NCBI GenBank assembly: GCA_965637545.1 | Contig: OZ281497.1 | Location: 9,052,001-9,116,000, forward strand | Source of the DNA: Phallusia mammillata | Lineage: Eukaryota | Reading direction: 5' to 3' | DNA: 64,000 nt | Shown here: positions 48,070 to 59,500 of the stretch, piece by piece | Numbering within the stretch: position 1 is the stretch's first letter | How the letters are laid out: every line of letters begins with the position of its first letter | The notes under the pieces: model-generated | Told to the model about the DNA's origin: nothing | Databases searched by the model: none | Seen by the model: only the letters and a program-made list of their open reading frames with translations | Made by a program: the position numbers and the translations under genes

Positions 48070-50782
48070 TTAGTTCTTTCGTGTAGGGTTATACACGCTT
48101 TTATACGATATTTGAAAACCTGTATAAGTCACTGATCCATCGGTTGTAAATACAATAAACATGTCAGTTGTCGACGAATAAACGTAAGAGCCTGCCTGGG
48201 GGTCAAACGAAATTTGTGGATAATCCAAAGAAGAACCATCAAAAACCATCAGATGATCGAAACCACCTTCTATATCCATATCAGCAACGTACAGTTCAAT
48301 TATATTATCATAAGGAGATTGAATACTCCAAGTGGAACAAAGATTATTTGAATAACTGTAAGGGTAGTTTATCGATGTAAAGTTGTTATATGACGAATAC
48401 GCATAAAGGTATTGAGTATTATCATTACAGCTTGGCGGGAGAGTGAGTTGGTTTCCAAAATTAAAGCCCATCCTTGTTTGTGACGAATCAGTCACTAAAT
48501 TAATATTTATGTATCGAGAAACAATTGGATCGGTAGGATAGCTACTCCCAGTAAAGGTAAGTGTACCATTATCCGTATTAATATAAACATAATCATAGTT
48601 GTACTCTAAATCAAGATCTATAATTTCCAGTGAAATGAAAAGATTGCAATTACTCCTTAAATACCACCAGCAATCAATATTGTTATAATATTGGCCGGGA
48701 TAGTTTGGAGAGGATAGGTAAGAGTATTGACCCGCTTGTGGATACAAATACTCCGAATTACATGTTTCATTAGTAATCGATTGGAGACTATATGTAAAGT
48801 TAAAACCCCTTCGCGTTACGGAACTGTCACTTTCAAAGTGAATCATCATATATCCCGTGGCAAAAAATTGACCATTTGTGATATCTGATCCAGTTAAAGT
48901 TGCAATAATGTTGCTTTGGTTGAAGAGATAAACATTATCCCAGCCATGTTCTATATCAAAATCACTAATTTCCAATATTATTACTTGATCGGAAGAATAA
49001 GAATAGATATACCACCAACAGTCAGCATTATCATAGTACTGGTTTGGGTAATTTGGTGAAGACAAGTAATAATTGTTACCTATTTGTGGATATAAGTATT
49101 CATTGTCACAATGATTCACACTGGTCGAATCTAGGTGATACATAAAGTTAAAACCACGACTGGTCACGGAACCATCAGTTACAAAGTTAATCTGCATGTA
49201 ACTAACTGCGAAAAACTGGTCGTTGGTATAATTTGATCCAGTTAAAGTTTCAATAAGGTTACTTTGGTTGTACAGATTAACATAATCGTAGTGGTTTTCC
49301 AATTCAAAATCAATAACTTGCAATGTGATCAACTGATTGTATGAATAAGAATAAATACGCCACCAACAATCAATGTTGTTGGAATACTCGTCAGGATAGT
49401 TGGGAGAAGGCAAGTAATAGTATTGACCCGTTTGTGGATAGAAATATTCGTCACCACAGGTTTCACTATCTCCAGAACCAGTTGTGTCAGTGATCACCTC
49501 AGCAGTTGTTGTTACAACGGGAAAAGTTTCGGTTGTTGAGCTAATAACACCAACCGAATTACTTACACTTGCCCTAAAACCAGTTTTTGATCCAGAACAA
49601 TCAGAAGTCAAATGCAACGACATACTACTTCCAGTAGACTGGTAGATGGTCAAATTGTTCTGATCGGTTAATGTACCAGATAAAATGGCAATAACTGGAC
49701 CGTGAAATGAGTTACCGTCATAGATGGTGAGTCGGTCGCAGCATTCCTCGATGTCGATATCGACGATATTAAGTTGAACAACATCATTGTCGGGGACACG
49801 AACCAACCACGCGATGTCAGCAGAGTTCGGGTACGGTTGAGGATAATTTGGAGAAAATATTTCACCCACCAAATTCTCAACAGTGGAGCCGTAAAGATCA
49901 AATAGCACCTGAGCTCTGTTTTGTATCTTCACATCGGAGTCGATCATGTCTTGCACGGTTTCCTTGTACTCGATGTTGAAGGTGACCTCCTTGTTGCCTT
50001 TGATGTGGACTGTGTTCTTTGCAGTTTGAATGTCAACGTTGAAATCACCTGTAAAATGCACAACGTAAGTAAACACAACGTGAGTAAACCAATGGCGATG
50101 CGATCTAGCAACAAAATTAACTCATTTTGTGTCCAAAAAATCAAAATGGAGTTACAAAAAACATTAAGGTAATAGCTGACCTAAACGTTTTTCCGAATGC
50201 ATGGCAGCCACGTGATCATTCCTCTTTGCATTTTGAAGCACCTCTTGCGCCTCCTTGTGGTTGGTTTTTCTTCCCTTGTACGCCACTCCCTCGGTGTGCA
50301 TTGTAAACGACGTCATCTCTGCGTAGTCGGGGAGGTAAGTGTGAAATCCGACGTCATCGGCTGTTTCACCATTGTTCATGATTGTGACCTTCAGATTTTG
50401 AATGTCATTGAATGCAGGTGGTGGAATGGGCCACGTGACATTTGCCTGAAACATAAGTAAAATATATTTCCATTTTAACCCATAATCAGCAAAAAGACTA
50501 AGCAAAACGTAACCTATTTCAAATGTCCAGCGTACTAATAAACAAACAATTGTAGAACCAATATCATTTAAAACAAACATGGAAGCAATCTAATAAGATA
50601 AACGGGCGACAAAATTTCTAAGCTTTATGACTAAAAATGAATAAAATAATTTCACATACTTTTTCGTAGATTGGTTGGGGCAGAAGTCCAATGACGAAAG
50701 CTTCATCGTCTTTTGTCGCATCGCCGAAGCTGGTCAAAGCCCACAGAAAAAATATGACAGTAGACAATTTGTAACAAAGCAT
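48070..50782 (-). CDS. Secreted VIT + 5x CUB domain protein (exons 50660-50782, 50181-50445, 48070-50048; 788 aa)
   Basis: Signal peptide MLCYKLSTVIFFLWALTSFG. VIT-like LKVTIMNNGETADDVGFHTYLPDYAEMTSFTMHTEGVAYKG...EAQEVLQNA...VTFNIEYKE. Five CUB units (SPNYP..Y..N.DC.W...ELE..YD.V...TDGSVT..GF). Splice phases 0 and 1 are consistent. No transmembrane segment. Confidence 0.88.
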
Positions 50783-52126
50783 TGTAAAATGCCTTTGGCT
50801 GTTTCTGTAATATAAGTTAGTTTAAAAGTTTTACCGTTGCTAGTTAAGTAAAAGTAAATTCATTCGCAATCACATATACGGATGCAAACATTCTCAACGG
50901 TAGGCGATAATTTATCCTTTCTCATGTACTAACGCCTATTTATGCTAATACAACTGTAACGTACAATTCTTTTTGCCAATGATCCAACTCCTTTGACGAT
51001 CCTCATATTTATATCCAACAAGTGTAAAGTGATGTCTTGGGAAACAACACCTTGTTAAACCTCAATATTTGTCGCATGATTATCATGTAACAATATTTTG
51101 GAGTGTTTTGTCAAAGAATAAATTTGACTCAGGTGCTAGTTCCCACGTTATGGTGCAACCTATTTGAAACTAACGCTTGGGGTGTCAATAATATTTTGCC
51201 TACAGGTTTGTCTTTTCAAATTTGACACAAGTTTTAACCAACATTTTGTTCACTGGACATTGACTGCATTAAAAATATCATGAAAACATTTGTCTTTAAA
51301 ATCATCTTTCTATTTGAGAAATTTGTACTCTTTGCAAAAAAATGTAGATTTTAGATTTTTTGTCCTTGAAACTAAAAACAACTATCATATTGTTTTTCTC
51401 GTTGTGTCAAAAAAACTTTGCATAAGAGGATACATTCTTTATTATACTCGTTTATTGTAATCTAAAACGAGAAATAACATTTCTCTATATCTTCGTCCGG
51501 TTTTGACTATCACGTAGGCACATGTACATTGTGAACCGAGGATAAATATCGGTGTTCTCTTTTTAGCAAGTGCAAACTTAACTTTCCTGACGCAAACTTC
51601 TCAACAGCCGTAAGCTTTCTCAGGCAAAGAAAAAGTTAAAGTTCATGAACTCTAACTTGTAGTTTTCACCCAGTGATACTTAAGTTTGGCTCCGGGACCA
51701 CGTGCCTATTTCTCGCGTTATGACGCATCTCATGTTTGTCGCCCTCGCACTCAAAAATACATACATTAAATGCTCAATGGAAATCACTGCAAAACAAAAG
51801 TTTAGCTTAACAACAAGTAGTCTGCTTCTTGTATTTCCACAAATACTTGAAGTATGCATTGCTGGTTTACCATACTTAGGAATAATTTTGGGGCATTTTG
51901 TTACATTACAGATTTGCTTAAAACGTTACTCAGATTGTATGCTAAAATCCGTTTTGCTTTGAAATAGAGTATAGCATTGCTTTGTACAGAAAGACTTAAT
52001 ACCACTCATAAAAACAGTTGCATTAAGTCTAGAAACTTCCAGTAGGTGTCTCGCAAATTGCTTGGCTGGCACCAGGTGGAAACTGGACATCAGTGCATGT
52101 GACTGCTTTCAATAAATAACACCAAG

Positions 52127-52264
52127 GGCAGGAACTTGGCCGAATGGTCTAGCGCGCCTGACCCACATACAGACATAAAAAACCTGATCGGGATTCGTCC
52201 CCAGAAGTGTCCTGGGTTCGAACCCCGTGAAAAAAAATAAAAATAAAAAAATAAAATAAAAATA
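52127..52264 (+). mobile_element. tRNA-derived SINE, 138 bp, with A-rich tail and 16-bp TSD
   Basis: A box TGGCCGAATGG, B box GGTTCGAACCC, tail of A/AAAT, TSD AATAAATAACACCAAG (52111-52126, 52265-52280). Confidence 0.9.
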
Positions 52265-52579
52265 AATAAATAACACCAAGCATTAGAGAATATCGATAAA
52301 CATTAGAAGCATAATCAACTTCGACGCGGTTAACTATGTCGTCATTTTCTAAAAACGTTCAAATGTTAGCGTTAATTAACATGTCCAAAAAACAACTTTG
52401 GTTGATTGCTTATTTTAAAAAAATAATAATGATATTTGTCGCTTATTGCGTTTTTTGGTCATGAGATGAAACAATAAGCTCATGACAAAACTTTTTGGAG
52501 CATACGAACTTAGGTTAACCATATTTATCCCTATTTTGATGTTAAATTATCGAAAAACAAACTTTTTACACCTAAGGCA

Positions 52580-52975
52580 GTACCTTACCCCAGCAAGGGC
52601 CTGGTGGCTCCGGATATGCCATATTGGCAGTTCTGGTCTCCAATGGAGTGAAGGGTTGCTCATGACTCTAAGCCTAGCCAGCAGTTGAGATAGGAGAAGG
52701 AAAACTCTGATTTCAAATCACCTACTGCCTTGTAGGTTATGCCTCGAAGGCTAGGGGAAGGAAAACTCTGATTCCAAACAACCTAACTCGGTATTGGATC
52801 TGAGCGGATCTAGAGGAGCAAGCCTCGACAAAAGCTACGGCGGATGGGAACTGGGGCTCCCACCGCCATACACTGCCCCTAGTATACAATGATGACAGTA
52901 AGACAGCAATACACGAACGTTTGATTGTCGCCGACGTCAGAGTCTGACAGGGCACCTGTATTGATTGATTGAAGG
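52580..52975 (+). mobile_element. Possible non-LTR (RTE-like) derived interspersed element
   Basis: GC-richer island with an internal repeat GAAGGAAAACTCTGATT(T/C)CAAA (~52697, ~52757) and an (ATTG)n tail at ~52959-52971. The family assignment is from recollection of RTE 5' UTRs and is unverified. Confidence 0.4.
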
Positions 52976-55058
52976 TTTGAAACTTAGTTGGGTTACGTTA
53001 GAGGGATCAGCGGAAACAAACAACTTCACTGTTAAATGAAAGCAAGCCATACAATATATGGCCCTACCTTATACCTGTTAAAATGGAAACCGACTTGATT
53101 GTCCTGCTAACAAAAAAAACCACTCGATGTCAGCAAAGATAACACTATGCTTAAAAAAGTTTTCACCCAATATTGAAGGCCGAATTTTAAGAGATTGTTC
53201 AATTGAAACTTCCCCAAAATAAAAGGTAATATTTTTTTACTTGACATAACTGTGAGCTATTCATGTGTTGCAACATCTTTTTCAGGTGTTTTGCGTGATT
53301 TTTATACTAAACCAAACAGAAGTACGCGACCAGTTCTTGACTTTTATATTTACGACCAGTGAGTCTGGCACCGTTTAAAGCAAAAGTATTTTTCCGCTTT
53401 TTGCGTTGATAAATATAACCAGCCTAGAAAACTGCTTGCATCCAAAATACTGGTCTTAAAAGCTATACTCAGAAAGTATCATCAATATTTTTAGGCTTGA
53501 AAATTTTATGCATTCCGTATTAAACTCTTTCATGCAGCTTGAATGACTTACCAACGAGGGCGGCCTAGATTTTTTCTAATACCTCAAAACGCGACTTACG
53601 ATCAAATAAATAAGTTGATGTGCTATCAAATAAAAATAAACTTTGATTTTCATAATTCCCTTACACTCGTGACGCCATAAAACGTTTTACCTACAGTTCT
53701 GTTACATTTATGCATAAAACCAGACGGCGATTTCCTTTTTAGCACGATTGGTGATTCTTTGGGTTACGTAAGGAAACAAACTTTTTACTGAAACAAAATA
53801 ACAAAATTTAACTAAATCATAAAAATACAGACCGACAAACCAAACCCGGGTTTTATTGATGACCAAGTAAAAACAGCACAATAACACCACGAAATACACA
53901 GTTTACACCGACTTCAACAAGTGAACTCAGCACACCTTCCCACTACTTTGTACACCGGCAAAGTTATCACACACAAAATTACATGCAACATAAACATCAA
54001 GTTGCGAGGCCAAATCAACCGAAATTAATGTTTAGTTTAAATGTTACAACAATTATATCATATAAATCGATAAAATAATTGAAAACCTTTATCAGGTACT
54101 GTCCCATCTGTAATAAATGCAATAAACATGTCGGTTGACGTCGAATTAAGGTAAGAGCCTATCGGTGGATCAGCAGAAATTAGTGGAGAACTCGTAGACG
54201 GGCCATCAAATAACGAAAGATGGTCACAACATCTTTCCAATGCAATATCAGCAACGTAAATTTGAACCATATAACCATAATACGGAGAATGAATGCTCCA
54301 AGTAGTGCAAACGTCATTCAGGTAGTCGTTAGGATAATTAATAGATGTAATGCTGTTATAATAGGAAGAGGCATTTAAGTGGTGAGTATCGTTACAATTT
54401 GCAGGAACAGTCAATCGGTACCTAAAATTGAAGCCCCTACTTGTGTTACGCAATTATTTCGGCAGCTTTGGGAATTCGGCTAAAAGATCTTTCAAGTGGC
54501 GATGTTAAATTCCAATCAACCCCTTAAACCTAATTCTATACCTTAAAATCAAAACTGCCTCCCTAATTCGGAAACGGCCCGAACCCTGCAATAACGGCTC
54601 ACCACTAAGCCAAAGAAAGACCACAAACTGGTTTCACTAATGGGCGCCTTGTTTAAATACAGCGATAAAAAGCCTTCACATAAAACAACTCCGAATTCGA
54701 CAAGTTTCGCTACAAGTCAACGCCAGCAATACACGACACAAAACAACACGGTGTTACTCGCACGGCGCCCAGAGGAAGACTGACCATGCTTCCTTCTCAA
54801 GCACGTTTTACCACATGCACCAATCACGTTGATAACGTACAAGGGTGAACATGCAAACGGCACATATGAGGCGAACGTATAAAACACAGGAAAAGCATCA
54901 TGTGTAACAAGAACCATTTAGTGAATATACTGTTGTGTGAGAATAATACGCAAAACAATTAGGTGAATAAATGAGTGGCGAAACATAACAACGATTAAAC
55001 AAAACAATTAAGTGAATAAATGCGTGGCGAAACATAACAGCGATTATACAGACTAAAC

Positions 55059-55480
55059 CAGTGGTTCCCAAACTTTTTCATATTTTTTTCAAAACGGTCC
55101 CTTTGCCATTATTTCGAGGGCTCGCGGTCCTTAAGCCTAAATGTGTATTTCATAAAAACGAAATTTGATTGCAGGATTTTAGCTAGTTATGCAAAATTGC
55201 GCATAACAATCATCCAAAGACAGCATGTGACATCACAAACAGGACAAAAACATTACGATTGTGCGCGAACAATTGCATTTTTTATATAGTTGTCATTCAA
55301 TAAAGGCCATTGTTTAGCAATGGAGACAGTCGATTCTCAATTCTACTTTGATTTAAACTTATTTAGTGGCACAAACTGACGCCAAATAAGATTATAGAAT
55401 TACTTCAGCCGCTTCGCGGTCCCCCCAAAATTGCCTCACGGACCCCTAAAGGACCGCGGACCCCAGTTTGGGAACCGCTG
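55059..55480. mobile_element. hAT-type MITE, 422 bp, inserted in the Gypsy LTR
   Basis: TIRs CAGTGGTTCCCAAACT / AGTTTGGGAACCGCTG; TSD GACTAAAC (55051-55058, 55481-55488). Confidence 0.9.
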
Positions 55481-55707
55481 GACTAAACAATAGTGAAACA
55501 CAGGATAATAAACTGTAAAGGATGTTATGTGCATGAAGGTGTGTAATAATCCGAACAAATATAACAAAGTAACGTGAAAAAATAAGTGAAAATACGTGTG
55601 TGAAGGTAAAGTATTTAAAAGATGCGTCATAAATAAAACGTGATTAAAATTCGCCACATTCCCCCCGACTTAAAATGGTCCTACTCCCGTAGGACAACCG
55701 TCTACAC

Positions 55708-56571
55708 CAGGGGCGGGCAACATACGGCCCGCGGGCCGGATCCGGCCCGCGACGGGATTTTGAGCGGCCCGCAGACAGTTACCGGTCTTACATGATAGTT
55801 TGGCCCGCGGCCACAGTCTGTCGCAATTCCCCACTACTTGCTTACTACGTCAAATTATAGTTGTAACGGACAGTAACGCTCCCCAATAGCAAAAAACTTT
55901 CCCGCCGTTGTTACCATTAGTTGTAAAATTAATTTTTAAACATTTTGCATCCTAAACCAACCCTCTTTAACCGCTAAATAAATAATTCAGCTCTTTACGC
56001 CACTTATCGAAAATTAAGCACTTTTGTATCTCCTAGGAAGGCACCACGTCAGTAGCTCTACCGCCTGCTTTCAGGTAGAACTACTAACACTGTAATTTGG
56101 CTGGCCCCTGGTTAAAAATTGTTCGATAGGTGACGCAACGGAGCATAGGCGTTTATGGTGCTGACTCAGCAATTTGGGTATATGGCACCATAACCGCCTA
56201 TGCTCCGTTGCGCCACCTATCGAACAATTTTTAACCAGGGGCCAGCCAAATTACAGTGTTAGTGGTACTACCCTTCTTTCACGGTTTCCTTTGTTTCCAC
56301 ATGTGTAGCCTCGTTAGTGTTTCAGCAGTATCTAAGTCTGTGGTGTATGCATTAAATTTGCTGTGGTCAATAATTTTATGTTATATCAGTTAGATTGTTC
56401 GGACTGTATTGTAATTGTGACGTTCTTGACTGTATTTGGTTTAGGCGGTCAAAATTCCGTTGTAAATCACTGGATAAATACGCGATTAATGTATCGATTC
56501 AGGAATCCGGCCCGCCAAGTACTTCATTTTCCCATATCAGGCCCGCCGACTGAAGAAGTTGCCCGTCCCTG
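55708..56571. mobile_element. hAT-type MITE, 864 bp, inserted in the last codons of the Gypsy integrase
   Basis: TIRs CAGGGGCGGGCAAC / GTTGCCCGTCCCTG; TSD GTCTACAC. Removing it restores ...DGVDGCPTGVGPF* immediately before the PPT. Confidence 0.92.
56083..56263. repeat. Near-perfect palindrome: 79-bp arms, 23-bp spacer
   Basis: 56083-56161 is the reverse complement of 56185-56263 with 2 mismatches; weaker pairing extends to ~56074/56272. Confidence 0.95.
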
Positions 56572-59500
56572 GTCTACACCATCGTTTCCGGTGAATATCG
56601 CGCTGGTCGACGACGTACCCGAGTCGACCTTTCTGCACCCATCCGAGTTGCCCTGAGGATTCCACTCGGTTGTGTCTTCCTGTGAAACTACTTTAGGGTT
56701 GTAAACATACACGACTGCAGGCATTTCAGGTGGCGGTTGCGGATGTTCTAAAGGTTCTTGCGTGGGGCAGGGGAATGTACTCGTCGTTGGCTTTAGTCTG
56801 TTAAAATGTACAGTTTGCCTCTTGCCTGTCGCGTCTTCGATTACGTAATTCACAGGACCTCGAATATCGGTGATCCTGTATGGTCCCTTGTATGGATACT
56901 GAAGTTTTTTACTTTGTCCAATCGGGACGACCGGGTTTGTCAACAAAACAAATTCGCCTACCGAGTAGGGTCTTCCTTGTTGTCGTTGATTGTACCAGTC
57001 TTCCATCCGCTTCCGTTGCGTCGTAAGACTCTCTCTCACTACCTCTTCCGCAAGCTGTAGACCATCCCGAAGCTGGTCAATCTCCGCTCCATACGAATGC
57101 GTGGTGTCACGCGCCAAAGACCCCATCAAGTCTGCCGGCAATCGCAATGGTCGTCCGGTTAAGAGAGTATGCGGAGCTTCTCCCGTTGCATCGTGGGCAC
57201 TCGCGTTGTAGGCGGCCACCACTCCTGGTAATGCTTCGTCCCACCGCCGGTTATCTTGCTGTATATAATTTCGGATCATAGTGATAATGGTCTTATTGTT
57301 ACGTTCGACCCCACCGTTCCCAGGCGCGTGGTATGATGTCGTGCGACTTTTCTTACATCCCATTAGGCGTAATAATTCTGCGAACAAATGGCTTTCAAAA
57401 TTTGAACCGCGGTCGGAATGAACAGTCTCCGGTACCCCATGTACGGTGAACCAATTTCGATATAACAAACTGGCGGTCTCATTGGCAGTTTGATTTCGCA
57501 TCGGCCAGGCTCTTACGTATTTTGTGAAAATGTCACACGCTACCAAAATAAACTGGTAACCCGACCGGGTGAGAGGTAGAGGTCCGACAACGTCCACTTC
57601 GATCCTTTGCACGGGTCTGTCCTCCGTTGAGGGCATGAGCGGGGCTTGAAAATGATGCGTGGGTCTTTTATTGTATTGACAGGTGACGCAGTTGCGGCAA
57701 AAGGTCTCGACAGAATCGCGCCATTTATACCAATAAAAGCGTTCCGCTATCTTAGCCAGCGTCTTAGCTATGCCCAAATGCCCTCCCCCGTGTACGTTAT
57801 CATGAAGATTTGACATTGCTTCATCGACTAAACTCTGTGGCAAAACAATTACAGAATCACTGCCTAGTGTAGAGTTTCCACGACAACAAAGTACACCTGC
57901 TTTAAGCAGGAGGCTGGCAAAGCGAGACCAATAATGGCGAAGTACTGGTGATTCTTTTTTAACGGTTTTGAATTTCGGGCGCATACCTTTATTCAACCAT
58001 TCCAAGACAACTGCTAGATCAGGGTCATCTTTCTGCCGCTCCAACAAGTCCTCATGTTGATATCCTACCGTAGACTTTAAGTCAACGACGTGAACTTGGG
58101 TATCTTCGATACCCTCGGCCAATTTGTATGGGCATGCCCCGCAATCTTCTATGTCATCAAGGCGTGACAGAGCGTCTGCATTCCTATGTTTGCTTCCCGA
58201 CCTGTGATGGATTTCAAAGTCATACGCGGATAGTGCTCTACCCAGCGGGCGCACTGCCCGTATAACTCTTTAGACTTCCAAAGCCACCTTGACGAAGAAT
58301 GGTCGGTCCGTAAGGTAAATTTTTGACCCAGTAAGTAACACCGGTACAGCTTTGTCGCAAATATTACGGTCAAAAGCTCTTTTCTCGTGGTGGAATAGTT
58401 ACGTTCCGACCTGCTCAAAGTGCGACTACCATAGGCGACCACGCATTCCTTACCGTCGATTTCCTGAGAAAGGACACAGCCAACGGCAGCGTCAGACGCA
58501 TCCGTATCCAGTATAAACGGCATGTTAAAGTCAGGGTATCGAAGAATTGGTGCAGTCGTCAAGTGTTGTTTTAGTTGAGAGAAGGCATCCTGACTCTGGT
58601 CATCCCACTGAAATCGTCTTCCCTTTTCCGTCAACCGGTGAAGAGGACCCGCGATCTGTGCGTAACCGCAAATAAATTTACGATAGTAGGAAGTAAGGCC
58701 TAGAAACTGCCGGATTTCTTTTACGTTGCGGGGGGTCGGCCACTTAGCAACTGCCTTTATTTTGTTAGGGTCGCATCGTATGCCCTCTTTCGATAATACG
58801 TGGCCCAAAAAGTCTACTTCGTGTTTAAATAGAGTGCACTTGCTAGGTTTTAAAGTTAGACCAACCGATTTGATTCTTGTTAGCACGTCCGACAGTCGCT
58901 TTAAATGCTCTTCGAAAGTTTTCGAGTATACAATGATATCATCCAAGTACGCTAGGGCTCCCTGCCATTCGATTCCGTTCAGGACAATACGCATCAGGCG
59001 CTGAAAAGTCGCTGCAGAATTGCACAGGCCCATGGGCATTACATTAAATTCAAAAAGTCCGACGTGGCTAGTGAAAGCCGTTTTCTCCCGGGAAGAGGCA
59101 TCCATTGCAACCTGCCAATACCCGGATTTTAGATCCAAAGTTGAAAAATAGGCGGCGTTGGACATTTGGTCTAAACTCTAAACTGTCATCTATCCGGGGA
59201 ATCTGGTAGCTATTTTTTTTAGTTAACTCATTCAACTTGCGGTAATCAACGCAAAAACGAGTCTCACCGGATTTCTTTCGGACCAACACAATCGGGCTGC
59301 TCCACGGTGATTTCGAAGGTCGGATTAGGCCTTGTCTGTCCATTTCAGCTAAGATCTCCTCTACCTTTGCTTTGTTGTGATGAGGCATGCGACGCGGTGG
59401 CTGTCTTACAGGGCCGTTGTCACCCGTGTCGATAACATGACGCACTATATCAGTGCGCCCCAAGACATCTTTGGAAGTCGAAAACGCTTGTTGATTGGCA

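Noticed and set aside
52127-52264. Functional tRNA gene
   Set aside because: A and B boxes are present, but there is no proper cloverleaf or acceptor stem; the A-rich tail, TSD and dispersed diverged copies indicate a SINE.
56524-56571. Integrase C-terminal extension QGRATSSVGGPDMGK
   Set aside because: It is read-through into the inserted MITE; the native end is recovered by removing 55708-56571.
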